Shown here: one piece after another, positions 1 to 9,900 of the stretch
Position numbering within the stretch: the stretch's first letter is position 1
How the letters are laid out: each line of letters starts with the position of its first letter
DNA from: an uncultured virus (IMG/VR IMGVR_UViG_3300021399_000124)
Taxonomy: Duplodnaviria > Heunggongvirae > Uroviricota > Caudoviricetes
Direction: 5' to 3' (one strand)
DNA: 37,916 bases
Virus record (IMG/VR): IMGVR_UViG_3300021399_000124
Translations under genes and position numbers: made by a program
The notes under the pieces: generated by a model
Database searches by the model: none
What the model saw: the letters and a program-made list of their open reading frames with translations, nothing else
What the model was told of the DNA's origin: nothing

Positions 1-41
1 CATAATTTAGGCAATCCAATTTCATAATCTAAAAAGTTCAT
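1..41 (-). CDS. 5' end of a gene running off the left edge (MNFLDYEIGLPKL...), probably another fibre/structural protein
   Basis: ATG at 41-39 preceded by GGAGGTG RBS; frame stays open to position 1; the xFLDxxGLxxL start resembles N-termini of phage fibre-type proteins. Only 13 codons are visible. Confidence 0.6.
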   Translation of the reverse strand, partial: MNFLDYEIGLPKL

Positions 42-59
42 TTATAAATCACCTCCATT

Positions 60-1503
<1,444 letters not shown>

Positions 1504-1511
<8 letters not shown>

Positions 1512-1869
1512 GCCATGTCACCTCGTCTGTTACTTTAAAAGGGGAATTCTCTATAAAAGTGAATACATCGCCAAATCCAGTCACAAGTTGAACATCATAA
1601 GCATATGTTCCAATATCTAATTCACGAGTATCTTCTGGCGAGATTCTCCATGTAAGAACTCCATTGTCATCAATATATATTTTTCCATTTTCTATAGAGG
1701 CATCTATAAGTAATTCTCCCGTGTTGGCAATTGTTCTAACCTGTGCTTGTATAGCATCGCCGTCCTGCAATACATAATCCGAGTCAGTCGCAGGATTCAT
1801 AATTCTGATGCCGATATAAGCCGAGTCACCACGGGTAATCGAAATTCTGTTTTTGTACACCTTAAACAT
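1504..1869 (-). CDS. BppU N-terminal-like (Ig-fold) baseplate/fibre-associated protein, 121 aa
   Basis: Start moved from 1944 to ATG 1869, which has a GAGAGGTG RBS; the longer call runs through terminator hairpins. Motifs ITRGDS...PEDTxxL..GTYAYDVQL are typical of small BppU-N-like phage proteins. Confidence 0.65.
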
Positions 1870-1887
1870 TAGTTCACCTCTCTTTAT

Positions 1888-1918
1888 AAAAAAAAATAGG
1901 GAGAGACCAGCCCTCCCT
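1888..1918 (-). terminator. Rho-independent terminator downstream of the endolysin
   Basis: Minus-strand RNA AGGGAGGG-CUGGU-CUCUCCCU (8 bp, one G.U) followed by A and a 9-U run. Confidence 0.8.
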
Positions 1919-1922
1919 GTAT

Positions 1923-1975
1923 AAAAAAAAGAAATCAGAAACAACGCCAGACACTAACCGTGCCTGTTTGTCTCT
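1923..1975 (-). terminator. second (upstream) terminator-like hairpin after the endolysin
   Basis: AGAGACAA-A-CAGGCAC-GGUUA-GUGUCUG-GCG-UUGUUUCU followed by GAUUUCUUUUUUUU. Confidence 0.5.
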
Positions 1976-2000
1976 TACTAGAGCAAAGCTCTTTCAATCA

Positions 2001-3605
2001 TCATTTATTAATCCATGTCTGGAGTGCCTTGACAGTCTTCTTACCACAATATCCATCAACATCAAGCTTTGCGTTAATCTGTCTGTTGAGGAATTGCTGA
2101 AGGGTTATTACGGAATGATAACCCATATAACCATCAGCGGTTACTCCAATTTTCTTTTGAAGAGCAGCGATAGTAGGAGAGTTACCTTTCGGATTATTTA
2201 AAAATTCCCAACTATTCGTATCACAGGCTATCAGATACTTTTTGCAAGAAGCCAACTGATTGCTAATCTTTCCATCTTGGAAAAGTCCAAACTTCTTTTG
2301 AAGGGCCGTGGTAGTCTGTTTACCCCACTTGCCATCAACTTTAACTTGAGTTTTGGATGCAGTAGATGTTGTCGCTGGCTTCTTAGGTGTTGCAGTTACA
2401 GCACCGCCAATTGTTCCGTATTTAGGATGAACGAAACCTCTGGTGTACATACCATCCACAGCTTGATTACGATAAGCGCATTTATTATTTTTATTGCCTT
2501 CGATAACAATGATATTACCATTTTTGACTTCTTTTACTATACCAACATGGTCGTATCCCTTAGTGTCTTCTCCAATACCATTATCTTCCCAATCATAAAT
2601 AATCCAATCGCCTGGACTAGGTACATAAGCATCATTCTCGATCCAAATACCTCTTTCTTTTGCACCGTCAATAATCCCTCGACAGTTAGCAGAGAGAGGA
2701 AAATATTTCTTAGCTTTATCCTTACCAAACTGAAGAATAGCGATAGCGGATACAAAAGTAGCGCACCAAGCTGCCGTATAGTTCATAGGCCATCCGTCCG
2801 GCTGAACAGTATTAAATGTGTCAATGATTTTTTTGTGCTTAGAATCGCCACGGACACATCCGATGTAGGACTCCGCAAGAGCGACTGCCTGAGACCTCAC
2901 AGAAGCCTCAGTAACGGATGTTTTAGGTGTAGACGATGTATTTGTCGGTTTTACAGAAGATGTCTTCTTGAAGCCGTTAAGCCCCTTAGCTTTGATTTTA
3001 GCGGGATAGTCTACATAGCAATAATTCATGTCTACATTGCCGGAGATTCCGCTTACAGAACCATTGCTTGAATACTGCCAAATTCCAATACCAACCTTAC
3101 CCGCATATTCACAAGAGGAAGCATATTGAGCAACCCAATGTGCATAAGACTGAAGACGACTGTCATCAAGTCTACTAGCAAAACCAGACCATGTAGATGC
3201 ATAAACTCCAGTCCAATAACCAGCATTCTGCATTGTCTGAATGAATGCGATAGTTGCATCCGTATTACCTTTTCTCGTTCCAGGAACAGGAGCTTCCACA
3301 TCGATATAAACAGGATACTCGAACTGTTTACCTTTCAGCTGTTCAATAAATCTTTTTGCATCAGCAATACCCGCCTCGACAGTTGTGCAATTTCGTCCTA
3401 CAAAATAGTATGCCCCAACTGGGATGCCGTACTTTTTGCATTGACTGTAATTAAACTCATAGCGCCCATCTTTATACCATCCGGCATCGCTTCCTGCTAC
3501 TTTCAAAATGACGAAGTCTACTTTACCAGACGCCTTTACTTTCGCCCAATCTATCCCACGCTGATGAGCAGATACATCAATTCCATGTTTAACCATCTGC
3601 ATCAC
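2001..3605 (-). CDS. endolysin: GH25 muramidase + CHAP domain + C-terminal peptidoglycan-binding repeats
   Basis: GH25 motifs GIDVSAHQ, GAYYF, YIDVE, IWQYSS...VDMN; CHAP motifs AAWCATFVS, GDWIIYDW, DHVGIV, IEGN; three DGxxGxxTxxxLQ-type PG-binding motifs; Thr/Ser/Lys linkers; follows the holin. The start could be 3605, 3602 or 3596. Confidence 0.93.
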   Translation of the reverse strand: MMQMVKHGIDVSAHQRGIDWAKVKASGKVDFVILKVAGSDAGWYKDGRYEFNYSQCKKYGIPVGAYYFVGRNCTTVEAGIADAKRFIEQLKGKQFEYPVYIDVEAPVPGTRKGNTDATIAFIQTMQNAGYWTGVYASTWSGFASRLDDSRLQSYAHWVAQYASSCEYAGKVGIGIWQYSSNGSVSGISGNVDMNYCYVDYPAKIKAKGLNGFKKTSSVKPTNTSSTPKTSVTEASVRSQAVALAESYIGCVRGDSKHKKIIDTFNTVQPDGWPMNYTAAWCATFVSAIAILQFGKDKAKKYFPLSANCRGIIDGAKERGIWIENDAYVPSPGDWIIYDWEDNGIGEDTKGYDHVGIVKEVKNGNIIVIEGNKNNKCAYRNQAVDGMYTRGFVHPKYGTIGGAVTATPKKPATTSTASKTQVKVDGKWGKQTTTALQKKFGLFQDGKISNQLASCKKYLIACDTNSWEFLNNPKGNSPTIAALQKKIGVTADGYMGYHSVITLQQFLNRQINAKLDVDGYCGKKTVKALQTWINK

Positions 3606-4015
3606 ATCGCTTCGTCCTCAGATACATGCTCCTCAAGTGCAACTTTATCTTCATCAAGAATATTACGGAGATTCTTCAGAGCCATATCGATTTCTTCATC
3701 AAGACTATGGATAAGTGCCTCCTGATCTACTACCTTGCCGAGGATGGGATATTTAGCATAAATCTGTGCGATAACTTGACTGCGTTTAATACTTCCGGCT
3801 TTATTCCACTCAGCATAATCAGTCTCAGCCTTGCCAACCATATGAAGGATGATTTCGCTAATCTGCTGACGAGCAATAGCAATCTTTTCCTCATCGCTCT
3901 TAGCCATCAGAACTTTGATTCTCTGATAGATACCAATCGCAAGTCCGATGATTACGCAGATAGTAGTCCAGTTATCATTGATTAATTTAAGGAAATTCTC
4001 AATTCCTGTAAGCAT
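3602..4015 (-). CDS. holin (single N-terminal TM helix, LL-H-like), 137 aa
   Basis: Hydrophobic WTTICVIIGLAIGIY segment, then a charged helical domain with a V.KAE...G..KR..V motif; AAGGAG RBS; stop overlaps the endolysin start. Confidence 0.75.
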   Translation of the reverse strand: MLTGIENFLKLINDNWTTICVIIGLAIGIYQRIKVLMAKSDEEKIAIARQQISEIILHMVGKAETDYAEWNKAGSIKRSQVIAQIYAKYPILGKVVDQEALIHSLDEEIDMALKNLRNILDEDKVALEEHVSEDEAM

Positions 4016-4052
4016 AATATCAACTCCTTATATAAATTGATTGTTTACATGT

Positions 4053-4090
4053 AAAAAAGAAGGGATTGACAAAACATCAAACCCTTCTTT
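4053..4090 (-). terminator. Rho-independent terminator between tail genes and lysis cassette (possibly bidirectional)
   Basis: AAAGAAGGG-U-UUGA-UGUUUUG-UCAA-U-CCCUUCUUU followed by UUU on the minus strand; the stem arms end in U-rich runs on both strands. Confidence 0.75.
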
Positions 4091-4152
4091 CTCATACATA
4101 AAACCAAAAATTACATTGGTATACTGTAATTATTCTATTGTTAAATATGCGA

Positions 4153-4557
4153 TTAACTGATTTCACGCCATCCTGCCGGATATACTTCAGGACTCCACAC
4201 ATTATTATCAATGAGCGACTCGTATGTTTTGCCATTATATTTGACCTTATCGCCTTTCATATAAGCATTAGTAGAGTCGGGCTGTTCCCAATCGGGGATT
4301 ACATCTGGATCGGGGATAAGTACTTTTGCCCATAAACTCGGCGCAGCGGTAGGAGTCCAAGTGGCTTGGCTTGTATGTGCTTGTAGACACTTATAAAGAA
4401 CTCCATTATAAGAAATTCTATCTCCAATTTTATATTCCTTGTTTTCAACCCAACGAGGGAATAATTCAACGCCAGTTAATGCATCCTCATCCGGCAAAGA
4501 AGCGACTACCTGTTCAATCAATGCTCTAAGCTGATATGCTCTCTCTCTTGTAATCAT
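4153..4557 (-). CDS. small protein with two CBM5/12 (ChiA1/ChiC chitin-binding-like) modules, 134 aa
   Basis: W....Y..GD.I.YNG..YKCLQAHTSQ..WTP..APSLW, and a second AY.KGDKVKYNGK.Y.S..D.NVWSP....GW; GGAGGTG RBS; ATGA overlap with the upstream gene. Confidence 0.85.
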   Translation of the reverse strand: MITRERAYQLRALIEQVVASLPDEDALTGVELFPRWVENKEYKIGDRISYNGVLYKCLQAHTSQATWTPTAAPSLWAKVLIPDPDVIPDWEQPDSTNAYMKGDKVKYNGKTYESLIDNNVWSPEVYPAGWREIS

Positions 4558-4829
4558 GCTTCTTCACCTCCCATGATGATATTTAAGATTTCCTCGGCTT
4601 CGTTATTAGCAGAAGAAGAACCACTTTTTGACTTTTTAAATTGCGTGGTAAGATTTTCAGCAGTTAAAATAGAGAATGCGGCTATGTCTTCAATCTGTTG
4701 CCCAATCAATACTTCATCTGGATATTCATCAATATTTCCTTTAGATATAATAAGAAGTTCTCGCCCCTCAATCGGTTTTACGCAATCTCCAACATTTAAT
4801 TCTTTCCCGTCCATATCATAAAATTTCAT
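4554..4829 (-). CDS. hypothetical tail-associated protein, 91 aa
   Basis: AGGAG and AAAGGA RBS-like sequences upstream; fills the gap between flanking genes exactly; translationally coupled to the next gene. Confidence 0.7.
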   Translation of the reverse strand: MKFYDMDGKELNVGDCVKPIEGRELLIISKGNIDEYPDEVLIGQQIEDIAAFSILTAENLTTQFKKSKSGSSSANNEAEEILNIIMGGEEA

Positions 4830-4844
4830 ATCCTTTTATCTCCT

Positions 4845-6893
4845 TTAATTAATAGCTATATAATATACTGTAAATGCACTAGTATTTGTTCTTGTAGCTA
4901 CAATACTACATCCTGTCTTACTTGGATTATTAACAGCGCAACCAGTGACCTGTGTACCAGGAACACCTGTGTACGGAGTGACAACAATAGAAGGTACCGC
5001 ACTCATTGCAGTCCATGTTACTGCTTTAGAGGTTGGTGTATTTGCGGCGCTTGGCGTAATACTGACACTTCCATGTGCAATGCTTTTCGGGGCAATCAAT
5101 CTGCCATTTGGAATATTTACATTATTATTACTGTCTACTTTTATCGACCAACCGACACCAGAATCATATAAACCCATATCTCCACTGGCATTCAAACTAA
5201 AAGTTACCCTTCTTTTGTCGTTTTCAAGAAATACATCTTTTGTAGTAGTATCTTCATTTGTACCAATAGTTATTTTGTCGCCTGGGATAAAAATATTATT
5301 ATTTGTGTCTATTCTTAACAACCAAGTTTTATCAGTCATATTAAAAAACCCAAAATTCCCTTGATCAGAATGTAAAACACTTAAATCATCATAGTCGCCG
5401 GCTAAAAAAGTTATCGCTGATTGCGTATTCGCTGCATTACTTATTTTCATATTTAAGCCGACATCAAATAGATTATCTTCTGTTGCAATCTTGCCAATAG
5501 CAACACCCGTACCTCCGGCTTTAAAGTCCATCGTTACAAACGAGGTTGGTACAGTAATCGTTTTTGTTGTTGTCGAGCCTACAGTATCAGTAACAGTAAA
5601 CATAACATCATAAGTGTTTTCGAGGGAGAATCCACCTGCTGTGGAATTGCCACCATTCATTATCTTATTCGTTGCATTTGTTAATGTCGCAGTAGAACTC
5701 CACGATGTTGCAGTATTTTTTTTATATTTTACAGTACACGAAGCGGTATTTTTACTGTTTACATCACTACATCCAAACGAAGCGTTGACTGTAATAAATT
5801 TTCCTTGAGCCTTATTCATAGTACCAGAACTATCGGATCGCCAACACGAATTCACTGTTAATGTTGGTACAGCATATGCATAAACAGTAATAGCAGTTGC
5901 TGTTTTTGTTGTTGTTCGCCCTCGATTATCTGTAATAACTACTGAATAAGTCACAGACCCCGTGGTTGGAATAACTTCCGAATATGATGCTGTTGCCGCT
6001 GATGTAGTAACTGTTTTGATGGTTGTAGAACCTCTCTTAAAAGTATAAGATTTTAATGATGAACCAGTGCCAGCCGCACCACTTGTCACACTAAGAGTTA
6101 CACTTGTTTTATTCTGCAAATAATAGGTTGTACTACTAAGAGAAGCAGTATTAGAGTAAGTCGCACTAAAAGTACCAGATGGCACATAACTTGATGGAAT
6201 TGTGACCGTAAACGTCTTTGATACGGCGCTTCCTACTTTTGTAGTACAACCACTATCAGAGTATGTTTGCACGGTTACAGTCGCAGTACCACTTGTCGAA
6301 GAAGGAATTTGCCCTGCCCATGATGTCGGAATAGTGTAAGTTGACTTGGTAGACCCAGCCGCACCAGTCTTTATTTCACCAGATGAAACTGAGCCACATT
6401 TCCATGTTACCTTATGCCAAAAAGAACTGCTTTTTGCAGTGATAGTCACAGTGGCGGTGCCACCGACCGCCACTGAATTAGTTACAGATATTGTTGATGC
6501 TTGTGCTATAGTGTCAAGAACTGCCGTACCAGAACATTTAGTATTTGTAAATGATGTGCCGGGAATATACGACCCAGAAGCATTTATTGCAAAACTTTTT
6601 GTGCCATCGGCATTATGTTTTATCGTTACAGTTTTTGAAAATACAGTTTTGTAACCAGAATTTGTAATTTCAACATAAGAAGATCCCGTATAAGCCGTTC
6701 CGTTAATTGTTAATTTCCAAGACCCTGTGCCGTAAGTCGTAGAGTCATCTCTTTTTTTATAACTCAATGAAACGGTAACGGTAGATGTATTATTTGCTAC
6801 AGAATAACTAGTTCTTGTCCAGGTTATTCTTGAAGCTACTTTGTCACCATATGATGTGGTTGAACCACCATCTATTGTTCCACTCGTTGCCAT
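4845..6893 (-). CDS. DUF859-like siphovirus minor tail protein with a C-terminal putative receptor-binding (gp53/H-lectin-like) domain, 682 aa
   Basis: AAGGAGTG RBS; SVANNTSTVTV N-terminal motif, Thr/Ser-rich beta repeats, TDNRGR, and MDFKAGGTGVAIGK typical of DUF859 proteins; C-terminal beta domain ends YYIAIN; position directly after a Tal-type C-terminus. Confidence 0.75.
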   Translation of the reverse strand: MATSGTIDGGSTTSYGDKVASRITWTRTSYSVANNTSTVTVSLSYKKRDDSTTYGTGSWKLTINGTAYTGSSYVEITNSGYKTVFSKTVTIKHNADGTKSFAINASGSYIPGTSFTNTKCSGTAVLDTIAQASTISVTNSVAVGGTATVTITAKSSSFWHKVTWKCGSVSSGEIKTGAAGSTKSTYTIPTSWAGQIPSSTSGTATVTVQTYSDSGCTTKVGSAVSKTFTVTIPSSYVPSGTFSATYSNTASLSSTTYYLQNKTSVTLSVTSGAAGTGSSLKSYTFKRGSTTIKTVTTSAATASYSEVIPTTGSVTYSVVITDNRGRTTTKTATAITVYAYAVPTLTVNSCWRSDSSGTMNKAQGKFITVNASFGCSDVNSKNTASCTVKYKKNTATSWSSTATLTNATNKIMNGGNSTAGGFSLENTYDVMFTVTDTVGSTTTKTITVPTSFVTMDFKAGGTGVAIGKIATEDNLFDVGLNMKISNAANTQSAITFLAGDYDDLSVLHSDQGNFGFFNMTDKTWLLRIDTNNNIFIPGDKITIGTNEDTTTKDVFLENDKRRVTFSLNASGDMGLYDSGVGWSIKVDSNNNVNIPNGRLIAPKSIAHGSVSITPSAANTPTSKAVTWTAMSAVPSIVVTPYTGVPGTQVTGCAVNNPSKTGCSIVATRTNTSAFTVYYIAIN

Positions 6894-6910
6894 TGTTCTT
6901 TATCACTCCT

Positions 6911-9900
6911 TTAACTCCAAATTAATGACATTCCGCCGTCTTTGCTTTCGTGCGGTCTAAAAATAAATTTACCTATTGTAAGGTTCTCTTTAACAGTTGC
7001 GTTAGTGATATTTAATTCTTTGTTACTAATATATGCAACTTTTGTAGTATCTTCCCAGAATGACATTTCTGTACCAGTTATTTCTGTTCTAAAAATATTA
7101 TTTTTTTCTTTTTGTCCAATAGTTAATTTAGCATTTTCAAATGTTAACCATCCAGTTACAGTTTGTTCCAGACCACTAATCGCCTCATTTGTTTCATTAA
7201 CACGACTATTAACATCGGCAATATCAGAATCGAAATCTTCTGGAGCTGGAGTCCATGCGGTCGCTCTATTTCCTTCTTCAAGCTTTATATTGGTCATCTC
7301 CAAAAAATCGCCAGTTGCATAATACGAAGTAGTTGTTGTGCTTCCTCTGCATATCAACACAATACGGATTGCATCTTCTGGTATTGTAAAAGTGTGTTCG
7401 ATATGCGCAAACTTTTCCGTCCCCTGTTCGGTCGATAAATAAGTAATCGCATTAATCCATAAATCATCATTTGTAACAAAACTAGGAGCATCTTCTGTGC
7501 CGTAATATAAAATAGAACGAACATATGTTGTTGATGTTGCCTTTTTCGCACCAAATAAATCACATCGTAAGTCATACGACCATGTATATGTTTTACCGGG
7601 AATTAATCCATAGCAACCCCTTGATCTTTCAATGTCAGTAGTACCATTGGTGCTAACACCAAATTGAACTCGTGGACATTCTGCGGAAGTAGCTGTAGCT
7701 ATTACTCCGTGTTCTGCAACGGCAAGTGGAGCATTTGTAACTCCTACAACATTTCCATGATCATGTGAACCATCATTATAATGTCCATTAATGTTTGGAC
7801 GTACACTTTGCGTGGCAAGACTGACTTTGTTTGTATTTTGTATAAGGTTTCTTCCACCAATTTGAATACCAGAAATAGTTTCATTGATTTCGTTTAATGA
7901 TGAATTAAAGTCATTGTCAATATCTTCTGGTGCAGCAGTCCACGAACTCGCCATGTTTCCTTCCTCAAGTTTGATATTGGCAAGTTCTATATAATCACCT
8001 GCGGCATAAGCTGACGCAGAACTATTTCCAGCGGAGATATACAAATTACACATAGTAACATTGTCTGGAATTGTGAATACTCCCTCACACCGTGCGCTTC
8101 CTTCTTGACCAGCGGTCGCCGTGCCAAATGTGGTAACTATTGAACTAGCCAATGTTCCAGTGGTTGTCCTATCATCTTGTATCCATACTCGCATGGCAGA
8201 TGTTGTTCCAGAACTTAAACCAGAAATCATCCTCCATGCACAATCGAATGAAATAGTATAAGTCCCGCCTGCCTTCAAACCATTCATGGTTGCTTCATCA
8301 GCTGAATTTGACCCAAAGCGAATTGCAGGTCTTGAAGCACTTCCTACCGTTGTTCTAATTCCATGTTCTGCTGCGGTAATTGTCCCACTATGTCTTGTAT
8401 CTACAGACTGAGATATAATTCTTGGAAGTGTTGCATCACTAGACAAATCTATGATGTTTGTATTAACAATTAAGTTTCTCCCACCGACTTTGAGATTGCT
8501 GTTTAATACACTATTTTGTGTGGCAGTATCAAAAACTCCTATAGACAAAGAATTACCTTGAATCTTCTCAGCTGTCACCGCATTAGCCGCAATCTGATTA
8601 GCTGTCACTGTCCCCGTGATGATATTTCCACCATCAATAACAGTTGTTGAATCATCAAGTAGTATTTCAGAATATGTCACATTGCCAGACACAGAACGAC
8701 TTTGTGTACATGTGAACAGATATAAGAATTTATCCACACCTTCGCCTTTGCCATTGGAGATAGGCGTAATCTTCCTCGACCATCCATCAGCATTTGTCGC
8801 CGCAGAATTCCACTTGTTTGCGGTGTTCGTAACCCATGCTGTTGGCAGAGCGTTACCGTTAGGTTTTGTAGAAACTTTCGATCTGTAATAAATCCTCTGT
8901 TCCTCATAGGTAATGTCTTCTGGAGCAGGAGACCATAGCGTAGCCGTATCACCTTCTTCAAGCATCATTCCGCAGATTGATAAAGATATATTTGTTCCAC
9001 TTGCACCGAAGAAAACATTTGTGCCATTTGCATTAACCACAGCCGTATTAGACGGAGCAGTAAATGTTACAGAATATTTTTGCCACGAACTTGTAACTGT
9101 AATTTTCCCAGAGCCATCTGATGGTACATACGAAGTTATTCCACAGAACATATACAGCGTACCAGTTCCTTTTGCATAGCAGGACATTGTATAGGTTTTA
9201 CCAGCCACAACATTAGCTGCATTTTGTGCGACAAGTAAGCCACTTCCATAATTTGTAGTTTTGACACTTGTTACATCAAATTTCCAACCATTTTTGATTA
9301 CATTATACGGAGCATCTTCGACATCGATGTGCGTAATTGTACCTGTTCCATCCCCGCCTTTTCTCCATGTGCGGTTATCATGCGTTCCTGTTGATGTTAT
9401 AGCAGTAACAGTATTTGTTCCCGTTAAAAGATTTTTGCCGGTTAATCTGATATTGTCAATGTTGTCTTGAACATCTTCTGGAGCTGGAGTCCAATCAGTG
9501 GGTTTGTTTCCAATCTCCAACTGAATTTTCTTATACTGAAGCTGTGATAAATTATGTTGAAACATCTGAATTGTAAAATATCTGTCCTCAGTAACAGTTC
9601 CACTTCCAGCCGTGAAGAAACTATCAGTAATGTTATATGACCGAACAAACCTCTGCCACTCCGTAGTTGGGGCAGACACTGTTGAGTCATATATCGTTTG
9701 ATACTTTAATCTTTGCGTGCCGGACGGATTATCAGTTGCATTAGCTAATATTTCAAATGACGGGAGAGGAATGTTATGTCCGCCACTTGCTAAAGTCCAA
9801 GAATCAGAGCGATACCAGAATGATAACGTGACTGTCTTGTTTCTTATTAACGTGTATGGAATATTCGGATGAAGAGTTACACCCTTCCAACCTACACTGC

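Noticed and set aside
2277..3725. Long + strand ORFs (264 aa and 199 aa) opposite the endolysin/holin, and the many other short ORFs nested in or antisense to the large genes
   Set aside because: No RBS or recognisable motifs; typical antisense or off-frame shadows of strongly coding minus-strand genes.
4066..4094. Perfect TTGACA on the + strand as a sigma-A promoter
   Set aside because: No -10 at 16-18 bp spacing; it lies within the terminator stem-loop.
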